Source of the DNA: Patescibacteria group bacterium | Lineage (GTDB): Bacteria; Patescibacteriota; Microgenomatia; UBA1400; PJMF01 | DNA length: 64,000 nt | Reading direction: 5' to 3' | Assembly: GCA_016861205.1 (NCBI GenBank) | Contig: BOKX01000001.1 | Location: 831,835 to 895,834 of the forward strand | Shown: piece after piece, positions 56,452 through 64,000 of the stretch | Numbering within the stretch: the first letter of the stretch is position 1 | Layout: the number at the start of each line of letters is the position of its first letter | Program-made: the position numbers and the translations under genes | Notes under the pieces: generated by a model | Told to the model about the DNA's origin: nothing | The model's input: the letters and a program-made list of their open reading frames with translations, nothing else | Database searches by the model: none

Positions 56452-58518
56452 ATGCCTAATTTGCTGGCTAGCCTGCCACTACCGTTCGCCAAGAAACCTG
56501 CCGCCGAGACAAATCCCGAGGCGGCCCAGGCTGAACGTGATATGGAACGCCTGAAAGAGTTCTCGCGTGGCCTGGTAACCATCCAAGACATTATTGCGCC
56601 TGAGGCTATTGAGGTTGATTTTACCTACCAAAAAATCAACTCCACTTATACGCGCACGCTGTTCGTGGCTGGCTATCCCAGAACCGTGCCGGCTAACTGG
56701 TTGTCGCCATTAATCAACTTTCCTAACCAGCTCAACATCTCAATGTTCATCTTTCCGGTTGATGTGAAAGACGTGTTGGACAACCTAAAACGCAAAATTA
56801 CCGAGATGGAGGCGGAAATTCAGTCCGATATCCGGCAGGGCAAGATTAGCAACATCAATACTGAGGTCAAACTGGAAGATGCGCGAGTGATTCGGGAACA
56901 GCTGGCCAAAGGCTCCGAGCGGTTTTACCAACTCGGCTTGTACGTAACCATCCAGGCAAAGAGCAAAGAGGACCTCGAACGTGTTACTAAAAGTTTGCAG
57001 TCTACACTCGGCTCGCTTTTGATTGTGTCCAAAAAGGCCACCCTCCAGATGGATGAGGGCTTCAAAACCACCCTCCCAATGGGCTTGGACAAACTGCTGG
57101 TAACTCGCAACATGGACACCACGTCGCTGGCGACAACCTTTCCCTTCACCTCGTCAGAACTCACCATGGAAACAGGAATCATGTACGGCATCAACGAGCA
57201 CAATGATTCGCTGGTGATTTTTGATCGCTATAAGATGGAAAACGCCAACATGGTGGTGTTTGCCAAGTCTGGTGCAGGTAAGTCATACACCGTGAAGCTC
57301 GAGATTTTGCGCCAACTCATGTTTGGCGTGGAAGTCATTGTCCTTGACCCCGAACACGAGTACGAAGATCTGTCCAAATCAGTGAATGGCGAGTACATTA
57401 ACTTTACTTTCAATTCTGAAAAGAAAATCAACCCTTTTGACCTGTCGGCCCTCTATGAAGAAGGTGAAAATGAGTTGGGTCAAAAAATTATCTCGCTGCA
57501 TGGCTTGTTAAAAGTCATGCTGGGCCAGATGACCCCCACTCAAGATGCTCTACTCGACCGTGCCCTGGTAGCTGCTTACAAGGCCAAAGGCATTACTCCT
57601 GACCCAGCCACCCAAACCAATGAACCACCACTCATGGAAGACCTGTACAAGGCTTTGATTGGCATGGAAAACAACGAAGCTAATGACATCGCCGCCCGGC
57701 TGGAGAAGTTCATCACTGGTTCGTTCCGCGGTATTTTTGACCATCCATCGAACTTTGACATCACCAATGAGTTCACCGTCTTTTCCGTCAAGGACATGGA
57801 AGAGGAGCTGCGGCCGATCGCCATGTTCATCGTGCTGGACTTTATCTGGACTCGCGTCAAAAAGAACCTTAAGAAACGTTTGTTGGTCATCGATGAGGCC
57901 TGGTACTTCATGAAACACCCCGACTCGGCTTCATTTATTCACTCGATGGCCAAACGGGCTCGCAAGTACTACCTTGGCATCACCACCATCACCCAAGACG
58001 TTGAGGACTTTTTGCATAGTGACTACGGCAAAGCCATCGTGACCAATGCTTCCATTCAATTCTTGATGAAACAGTCCACTGCGTCCGTTCCCATCTTGGC
58101 CGAAACATTTTATTTGTCTGAAGGTGAGCGACAGCTTTTGGTTTCAGCTGATGTCGGAGAAGGAATCTTTTTCGCCGGCCAGAATCATGTGGCGCTGCGG
58201 GTGGTAGCCAGTGACGAAGAACACCAAGTCATCACCACCAATCCTGAAGAAATTCTGCGCCGACGGGCTACCGAACAGGCTGCTGCCGGAGCCACAGCTC
58301 CAGTCGCCTCTCCACAATCACCCAAGATTACACCGAGTTGGATGGCGGCCCCCGCAACAAGCCCTGCCGCTGGCTCCGCCCCGACCAATCAAGCGGGAGC
58401 TGCCTCTGTTGGCCCCAGTCCTGGAACGCCCACGGCAGCTACCAACGCTACCGAACAACCCGCCTCCCCGTTTAGTCGCTACTCCATCGATAACTACGTT
58501 CCCCCGAGCGAAACCTAG
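56452..58518 (+). CDS. virB4: VirB4/TraC-like ATPase
   Basis: NANMVVFAKSGAGKS, LDPEHEY, INPFD, LVIDEAW, KRARKYYLGITTITQDVEDF. Confidence 0.92.
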   Translation: MPNLLASLPLPFAKKPAAETNPEAAQAERDMERLKEFSRGLVTIQDIIAPEAIEVDFTYQKINSTYTRTLFVAGYPRTVPANWLSPLINFPNQLNISMFIFPVDVKDVLDNLKRKITEMEAEIQSDIRQGKISNINTEVKLEDARVIREQLAKGSERFYQLGLYVTIQAKSKEDLERVTKSLQSTLGSLLIVSKKATLQMDEGFKTTLPMGLDKLLVTRNMDTTSLATTFPFTSSELTMETGIMYGINEHNDSLVIFDRYKMENANMVVFAKSGAGKSYTVKLEILRQLMFGVEVIVLDPEHEYEDLSKSVNGEYINFTFNSEKKINPFDLSALYEEGENELGQKIISLHGLLKVMLGQMTPTQDALLDRALVAAYKAKGITPDPATQTNEPPLMEDLYKALIGMENNEANDIAARLEKFITGSFRGIFDHPSNFDITNEFTVFSVKDMEEELRPIAMFIVLDFIWTRVKKNLKKRLLVIDEAWYFMKHPDSASFIHSMAKRARKYYLGITTITQDVEDFLHSDYGKAIVTNASIQFLMKQSTASVPILAETFYLSEGERQLLVSADVGEGIFFAGQNHVALRVVASDEEHQVITTNPEEILRRRATEQAAAGATAPVASPQSPKITPSWMAAPATSPAAGSAPTNQAGAASVGPSPGTPTAATNATEQPASPFSRYSIDNYVPPSET

Positions 58519-58557
58519 CTTGGATTGATGTCGCCTGCCGTTTCTGCCCTTGCGGAG

Positions 58558-58578
58558 TGTGGAAAAAACTGTGTATAA
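58558..58578 (-). promoter_or_regulatory. two DnaA boxes upstream of dnaA
   Basis: TGTGGAAAA (58558-58566; rc TTTTCCACA) and TGTGTATAA (58570-58578; rc TTATACACA) match TTWTNCACA. Confidence 0.75.
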
Positions 58579-58655
58579 CCGCTGTTACCAAACTTTCAAC
58601 GAAGTTTACTGAAAGCCTGTCCCCTGCTTGCCCCAGCACAAGGTTAACGTTTGTC

Positions 58656-60263
58656 ATGAGTACCTATACTTTTTCGCCACCAGAACTCGAGTCCATTTGG
58701 AGTCAAGCTTGCAGCGAGCTCCAACAGCAACTCAGTCCCGCTGTGTTTAATACTTGGGTGATTTCCAACCCCCTGACCGGGCTGTTTATTGATGGTGAGA
58801 CCGCACGGGCCGTGTTCACCTGCCCGACCGCTTTTCACGCCACCACCATTCGCAAAAATCTCTCCACCCAGCTGAAAACTGTCCTCGACGCGTTGGTGGG
58901 GAAAGCCGTGCAGCTGGAGTTCGAGGTGGGAACACCCACCCCCAAGCCGCCTGTCTCCCCCACTCCCAACCAACCGACTTCTGCAAACCAATCGGCTGCC
59001 TTCCCTAGCGCCCCAGCGCCCAGCCAACCAACCCCAACAGCAACCAGCGCGCCACCAGCCTCAACTGGGGCAAGTTCTCACGCACCGACTCCCTCCCCAG
59101 CCGCCCCAACCTTCAACTCGATCGGTTCGTTAATTCACCAGACGAAGTCTGGCTCGCCGCGGGTGGAAGATTTGTTTTCACCATCTACTCTTCAATCGGT
59201 CGCTCTTGACCGAGCGGTCGTTGCTGCACGACAGATTGGCTTGCGCGCCGACTTTACCTTTGAAACGTTCGCCGTGTCCACCACCAACGAAATGGCTCAC
59301 GCTGCCGCCACGGCGGTTTCCAATCGGCCAGGCACAGCCTACAATCCGCTTTTCTTGTATGGTGGCGTGGGAGTCGGAAAAACCCACCTCATGCACGCCA
59401 TCGGCAACAACATTCTCAAAAATAACCCCGAAACACGCGTTATCTACTGCACGGGTGAAGAGTTCACCAACGAAATCGTCAATGCTATCCAGATGAAGCG
59501 AGCCATTAAGTTCAAGGAGCGTTTTCGCACTGCCCAGGTTCTGTTGATCGACGACGTCCAGTTCATTGCCGGCAAAAATGCTGTTCAGGAAGAGTTCTTT
59601 CACACGTTCAACTCCCTGATTAAGCAGGCCAGCCAGGTGGTCATGACCTCAGACCGGCCGCCACACGAAATCAACCTCCTGGAAGATCGGTTGCGGTCGC
59701 GGTTCGAGGCCGGCTTAATGATCGATATTCAGCAACCGTCGTTTGAGCTAAGAACGGCAATTCTCTTGATCAAGGCTAGTGCGGTCAACTTGAGTATTCC
59801 CATGGAAATTGCTCAGCTGATTGCGTCACAAGTTGATAGTGCTCGCAAGATTGAGGGCATGATCACGAGTATTCGTTCAGCGGTTGAGCTGCAAAAGAAA
59901 CCGATCACCTCTGATCTGGTTAATACTATTCTCAACACGGAAATTGATAAGCAGCGACCGTCGCTCAAAGTCACTCCAAACGACGTGCTTCGGGCCGTTG
60001 CCAATCACTATCGAGTTAAACAAATCGCCATTCGAGGTCAACAACGGGTGGCAGAACTAGTTAAGGCTCGGCACGTAGCCATGTTTTTGCTCAAAGAAGA
60101 CTTGCAATTGCCGTTGGCTGAGATCGGTCGGTGGTTTTCCGGTCGCGACCACACCAGCGCCCTTCATGCCGTCCGAAAAGTCCAGAAACAGCTCATGACT
60201 GACGACGTACTTCAGCGCGATATATCCGCCCTTCGTATGTCTTTAACAGCCGTTTCTAAGTAG
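58656..60263 (+). CDS. dnaA: chromosomal replication initiator DnaA
   Basis: YNPLFLYGGVGVGKTHLM, LLIDDVQF, QEEFFHTFN, RLRSRFE, GRDHTS; start placed at MSTYT. Confidence 0.97.
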   Translation: MSTYTFSPPELESIWSQACSELQQQLSPAVFNTWVISNPLTGLFIDGETARAVFTCPTAFHATTIRKNLSTQLKTVLDALVGKAVQLEFEVGTPTPKPPVSPTPNQPTSANQSAAFPSAPAPSQPTPTATSAPPASTGASSHAPTPSPAAPTFNSIGSLIHQTKSGSPRVEDLFSPSTLQSVALDRAVVAARQIGLRADFTFETFAVSTTNEMAHAAATAVSNRPGTAYNPLFLYGGVGVGKTHLMHAIGNNILKNNPETRVIYCTGEEFTNEIVNAIQMKRAIKFKERFRTAQVLLIDDVQFIAGKNAVQEEFFHTFNSLIKQASQVVMTSDRPPHEINLLEDRLRSRFEAGLMIDIQQPSFELRTAILLIKASAVNLSIPMEIAQLIASQVDSARKIEGMITSIRSAVELQKKPITSDLVNTILNTEIDKQRPSLKVTPNDVLRAVANHYRVKQIAIRGQQRVAELVKARHVAMFLLKEDLQLPLAEIGRWFSGRDHTSALHAVRKVQKQLMTDDVLQRDISALRMSLTAVSK

Positions 60264-60520
60264 CTTTTCCACAATTGTGAATAAGTCGGTGAATTTCTGC
60301 CAAATAACTTTGGGAGGGGTGTTAAAAACTTTTGTGAGCTGTGCAAATCTTTTGAACGTTTCGTGAACATGTGTAAAAGTTTTGCACTATCAAAGGGGTC
60401 CGTTTGTGACAAGTTATCCACGTTCTAAAAAGCCGCTTTTTAAGATACAGACTGTCTGTTTTGTTCCGCTTTACACTGGCCTAATACTAATACGACTACA
60501 AATAATATTAATATTTTGAT
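60264..60520. other. replication origin oriC (dnaA-dnaN intergenic region)
   Basis: DnaA boxes at 60265-60273, 60276-60284 (rc), 60370-60378 (rc) and 60414-60422; GGCC then a trinucleotide tract at 60482-60514 running into AT-rich sequence. Confidence 0.85.
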
Positions 60521-60533
60521 AGGATCTGACGAC

Positions 60534-61643
60534 ATGCAATTAACACTGTCGCAAACAACTTTGAGTCAAACTCTGACTGTGTTGCAACGCGCCATTCCAA
60601 ACAAACCAACGCTACCTATTCTGAGTTCTGTCCTACTTACAGCAGAAACTGACCAATTGATTATTTCTGCCACAGACCTCTATGTCGGCATTAAAACTAC
60701 TATTCCCTGCCAAGTAACTGAACCAGGCAGTTGTGCAGTTCCAGGCAGAGTTTTTGTTGAAACAGTTGGCCAACTTGATTCAGGGGAGCTGTCATTACTG
60801 TCGACCCCGCAAGAGCTGCAGATTCAAACGAAGTCCGGCACCACAAAGTTGCCAAGTCAGCCGGCGGAAGATTTTCCAGCGTTTCCTCAAGTTGAAGGCC
60901 AGCCTCTCGAGCTGCCAACCACGTTGTTTGAAGAAGTCCTGTCTCAAGTCGCGTTTGCAGCATCAAGCGACATCACTCGCCCAGTTTTGACAAGCCTTCT
61001 GTGGCAGTTCTCTTCAGAAGGTCTAAAAGTAGTTGGCACGGATGGGTTCAGACTCAGTGTCTGGGAATCACCATCGGTCACTACCTCTGCGCCAGTCTCA
61101 TTGCTTTTACCAGCAAAGGCGCTGCAGGAAGTCGGTAAAATTGCCAGTCTCCAAAAAGCCGAGCGACTCACCCTCGTGGTGTCCACCGAGCTAAAGCAAG
61201 TCATGTGCCAAGTCGGAGACACCAGTGTTTTAATTCGGCTCTTGGATGGAGAGTATCCGCCGTATCAGAAGATTATTCCCAACAACATCACTACCCAGAT
61301 CGAGTTTGACACCGCAGAAATGATAGCGCATCTCAAGCGAGCCATGATTTTTGCCCGAGAGAGCTCGAACATTGTTCAGTGGCACATCACGCCAGAGTTT
61401 TGTACGATCAGCGCTACTTCTGCTACCTCGGGGACCCATGAAGGGCGACTCCCAATTACAAATCAAGAGCAAGCATCAGGCGAAATTGCCTTTAACGTAC
61501 GGTACGTGTTGGACTTTCTCCAGGCATGTGGTAGTGAGCGGGTTTGGTTTGGAATGGTAGAAAGCTTGAAGCCAGCCATTTTTAAACCGATTGATAAACC
61601 AGCCTCCCAATACGTGGTAATGCCATTCCGTGTTCAGAACTAA
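60534..61643 (+). CDS. dnaN: DNA polymerase III beta clamp
   Basis: LPILSSVLL, ATDL, DFPAFP, GTDGFRL, RLLDGEYPPY, AFNVRY, VVMP. Confidence 0.96.
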   Translation: MQLTLSQTTLSQTLTVLQRAIPNKPTLPILSSVLLTAETDQLIISATDLYVGIKTTIPCQVTEPGSCAVPGRVFVETVGQLDSGELSLLSTPQELQIQTKSGTTKLPSQPAEDFPAFPQVEGQPLELPTTLFEEVLSQVAFAASSDITRPVLTSLLWQFSSEGLKVVGTDGFRLSVWESPSVTTSAPVSLLLPAKALQEVGKIASLQKAERLTLVVSTELKQVMCQVGDTSVLIRLLDGEYPPYQKIIPNNITTQIEFDTAEMIAHLKRAMIFARESSNIVQWHITPEFCTISATSATSGTHEGRLPITNQEQASGEIAFNVRYVLDFLQACGSERVWFGMVESLKPAIFKPIDKPASQYVVMPFRVQN

Positions 61644-61685
61644 TAATTAAAGAAACTCTTCTGGTGTGATATACTACCGATTCTT

Positions 61686-61835
61686 ATGCAACGAACTTGG
61701 AAACCCAAGAAACACAAGCGCATGCGCAAACATGGCTTCTTATCCAGAATGGCCACTCATGCTGGCCGTTTAGTTTTGCGCCGCCGTCGAGCTAAAGGTC
61801 GAAAACAACTCACCGTAGTTCGTAAAGGCGTCTAA
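61686..61835 (+). CDS. rpmH: 50S ribosomal protein L34
   Basis: Read by hand: [49 protein letters not shown]; below the ORF-track cut-off. Confidence 0.95.
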   Translation: MQRTWKPKKHKRMRKHGFLSRMATHAGRLVLRRRRAKGRKQLTVVRKGV

Positions 61836-61844
61836 GCGAGAGGT

Positions 61845-62207
61845 ATGTTACCCAAGCAATATCGGGCCCAACTGCGAACCAATCGCAGTTTTTTTAGGCA
61901 AGCACGTCGCCTGAAAAGTTCGATCGGCCTTTTCCTCTGGTTCTCTCAAGATAAAGAGACAACGGTCACCGTGGTAGTGGGCAAGAAAGTGCATGGCTCG
62001 GCAGTGCAACGTCACGCAGTGAAACGCCGGTGGCGATCAGCTGCATATGAGCTGATTAAGCAGCAACAGCTCCCGACGGGGGTCTGGGCAGTATATCCCA
62101 ACCGAACCAGTTTGAACTTGCGCGGCGTCGAGTTGGTAGAGGCTATGCGCCATGCTGTGACAGCAGGAGTTAGTACCTATGACCGAGTTCGCCGACCAAC
62201 TGGTTAA
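61845..62207 (+). CDS. rnpA: ribonuclease P protein component
   Basis: VVVGKKVHGSAVQRHAVKRR (RNR-motif variant); follows rpmH. Confidence 0.85.
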   Translation: MLPKQYRAQLRTNRSFFRQARRLKSSIGLFLWFSQDKETTVTVVVGKKVHGSAVQRHAVKRRWRSAAYELIKQQQLPTGVWAVYPNRTSLNLRGVELVEAMRHAVTAGVSTYDRVRRPTG

Positions 62208-62382
62208 TTTGTATCAAGCCTTAGCAGGTGTGAAGTCGCAAGTATTGATGTCCGTCTTTGGATATCAACCAGTCTGCAAGCACAACCCCAGTTGTAGCCA
62301 ATACACCCGAAAAATGATCAGAGAGCGTGGTACAATCATCGGGTTATTAGCAGGCATGTATCGAATTATTCGGTGTTGGTAA
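62179..62382 (+). CDS. yidD: membrane protein insertion efficiency factor
   Basis: CKHNPSCSQY...G...RIIRC; lies between rnpA and yidC. Confidence 0.85.
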   Translation: MTEFADQLVNLYQALAGVKSQVLMSVFGYQPVCKHNPSCSQYTRKMIRERGTIIGLLAGMYRIIRCW

Positions 62383-62389
62383 TCAAGCT

Positions 62390-63148
62390 ATGATTTCATT
62401 CTTCATTGGTATTTTGACGCAACTTTACACATTAACAGGCAACCTGGGGTTGGCGATCATCGCATTTACCTTACTGGTCCGATTCTTGCTGCTACCACTC
62501 ACGCTCCCCTCCCTCAAGGCACAAAAGAAAATTATGGCTTTGCAGCCAGAACTCAAAAAACTAAAGACCAAACACGGTGACAACAAAGAGGCTTTGCAAA
62601 AAGCCCAAATGGAGTTGTACAAGCAGTACAACGTCAACCCATTGGCCGGGTGTTTACCCCAACTGGTCCAACTGGGATTGCTGATTGTGTTGTATCAAGC
62701 GCTGATCCGATTCTTGGGTCAAGGGGTTATTAACGGCGTAGCCGTCCAGACGCACTTTGCTTGGTTGAATTTAGCGCAACCTGATCACTGGTACATCATG
62801 CCGATTCTGGCAGCAGTGACGCAGTTGATTCTGTCACTGATGATTGCTCCGGCCACTGAAGTTCGAGACGTGGTCCCGAACCAAAGTAAAAATGCCAAGG
62901 TGCAAGCTGCCAACAAAAAAGAAGAAGATATGGCGGACATGGCTGCCACCATGCAGCAACAAATGATCTTTATCATGCCAGTCATGATCGGGATCTCGGC
63001 GTTACGCTTCCCATCAGGGTTGGCCCTGTACTGGGTAGTGACGACTGTTTTTAGTATTGTTCAACAGTGGGCCTTATCTGGCCCAGGCGGTTTAGTGAGT
63101 TACGCTCAACGAGCACTCGCCCTAGTAAAAAATAGAGCCGCCAAGTAA
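62390..63148 (+). CDS. yidC: membrane protein insertase YidC/Oxa1 (short form)
   Basis: LAIIAFTLLVRFLLLPL, LYKQYNVNPLAGCLP, PSGLALYW. Confidence 0.95.
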   Translation: MISFFIGILTQLYTLTGNLGLAIIAFTLLVRFLLLPLTLPSLKAQKKIMALQPELKKLKTKHGDNKEALQKAQMELYKQYNVNPLAGCLPQLVQLGLLIVLYQALIRFLGQGVINGVAVQTHFAWLNLAQPDHWYIMPILAAVTQLILSLMIAPATEVRDVVPNQSKNAKVQAANKKEEDMADMAATMQQQMIFIMPVMIGISALRFPSGLALYWVVTTVFSIVQQWALSGPGGLVSYAQRALALVKNRAAK

Positions 63149-63154
63149 TAGAAA

Positions 63155-63625
63155 GTGTTTATGTCAATCAACACCTACCTAACCAACCTGTGCAAGCACA
63201 GCGGAATCGACCAGGACCAAGTCACTATCGAAGAAGTGACCGACGGTGAGTTCTTGATGGTCAACATGACTGTGCCAGCCGAAGATTCAGGTCTGTTTAT
63301 TGGATTTCACGGTGATACGTTGAGTTCTATTCAGCGCTTAATCCGAGTTCTGTTTCAAGCTGACTATCCAGAACAAAAAATTGTTTTGAACATCAACAAT
63401 TACCGCGAGCAGCGCCAAGAAAAACTGCGTGAGATGACACTCAACATTGCTTCTCGGGTGTTGGATTCGGGCCGGCCATACACGTTCCCATTTTTGCCAC
63501 CACAGGAACGCTTTTTTGTGCACACCACCCTCTCTGAGTACCCAGAGTTTGAATCACTTGAAAGTGTCTCGGAAGGCGAAGGCAACCAACGATTCTTAGT
63601 TATTCGACCAAAAGCCGATCGCTAA
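63155..63625 (+). CDS. jag: Jag/KhpB (EloR)-like KH-R3H RNA-binding protein, lacking the Jag_N domain
   Basis: FIGFHGDTLSSIQ (KH), NNYREQR, ERFFVH (R3H), SEGEG; follows yidC. Confidence 0.85.
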   Translation: MFMSINTYLTNLCKHSGIDQDQVTIEEVTDGEFLMVNMTVPAEDSGLFIGFHGDTLSSIQRLIRVLFQADYPEQKIVLNINNYREQRQEKLREMTLNIASRVLDSGRPYTFPFLPPQERFFVHTTLSEYPEFESLESVSEGEGNQRFLVIRPKADR

Positions 63626-63648
63626 CAACAGTCCAAAAAAATAAACGT

Positions 63649-64000
63649 ATGGTCACTGAACTCATTATCAACACCGACGGCGGTTCACGCGGCAACCCTG
63701 GCCCAGCGGCTTTGGGCGTAACCGTTCAAGATGCTGCGGGGCAAGTTGTGTATGAACACGGTGAAGTGTTGGGGACTGCTACCAATAATGAAGCCGAGTA
63801 CCAGGCCGTTCTCCACTCTTTAACCTGGTTGCAAACTCACCTACCAACGCAGCCCGAACTAACAAAGGTGACGTGGAAGCTCGACTCAAAGTTAGTTGTT
63901 GAACAGTTGCTGAGACATTGGAAAATCAAGGAGCCACGTATGCTGGCACTGGCTCAACAGTGCTGGTCAATTTTGGCCCAGCTCAAAGTGTCAACCCAGT
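63649..64000 (+). CDS. rnhA: ribonuclease HI family protein (truncated by the window end)
   Basis: Read by hand: MVTELIINTDGGSRGNPGPAALG...TNNEAEY...LDSKLVVEQ...WKIK. Confidence 0.92.
   Translation, partial: MVTELIINTDGGSRGNPGPAALGVTVQDAAGQVVYEHGEVLGTATNNEAEYQAVLHSLTWLQTHLPTQPELTKVTWKLDSKLVVEQLLRHWKIKEPRMLALAQQCWSILAQLKVSTQ

Noticed and set aside
28188-58518. Integrative conjugative element
   Set aside because: No integrase, relaxase or att sites seen; genes are interleaved with housekeeping genes and match the chromosomal Patescibacteria T4SS pattern
58557-58655. N-terminal extension of DnaA given in the ORF track
   Set aside because: It overlaps the DnaA boxes, and domain I similarity starts only after the ATG at 58656
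59682-59708. Genome-wide CGG-to-Ala codon reassignment
   Set aside because: CGG codons occupy conserved Arg positions in DnaA (DRLRSRFE, SDRPP)
1-64000. CRISPR array, rRNA, transposase or reverse transcriptase/DGR
   Set aside because: No regularly spaced repeats or diagnostic motifs seen by eye; the similarity between pilin genes is ordinary paralogy

Overview
A 64-kb piece of a bacterial chromosome (standard code; TGA is a stop). It most likely comes from a Patescibacteria/CPR genome of the Microgenomates group. The inference rests on gene content: a Patescibacteria-type T4SS-like cluster beside dnaA, an archaeal-type ATP-dependent ligase, isopentenyl phosphate kinase and many leaderless genes. 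The right end carries the replication origin (dnaA-oriC-dnaN-rpmH-rnpA-yidD-yidC-jag-rnhA), with DnaA boxes on both sides of dnaA and a DnaA-trio unwinding tract. From about 22 to 58.5 kb lies an extended T4SS-like region: ten VirB2/TrbC-like pilins, a VirB6-like protein, PrgI, VirB4, two large exported proteins and several unknown cargo proteins. A separate VirD4-like ATPase lies at 4.8-7.1 kb. The left part holds housekeeping, envelope and isoprenoid genes. The most unusual locus is non-coding, at 46.2-48.7 kb. A cobalamin-riboswitch-like RNA precedes an unknown 659-aa gene. Converging on that gene is a 68-nt non-canonical tRNA with an alanine-type acceptor stem (G3.U70, A73), an arginine anticodon (CCG) and a shrunken D arm. 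Directly downstream of the tRNA is a predicted small RNA with its own promoter and terminator, perfectly complementary (14 + 12 bp) to the tRNA's anticodon and D arms. This is a candidate tRNA/anti-tRNA module. All calls were made by eye; no searches were run.
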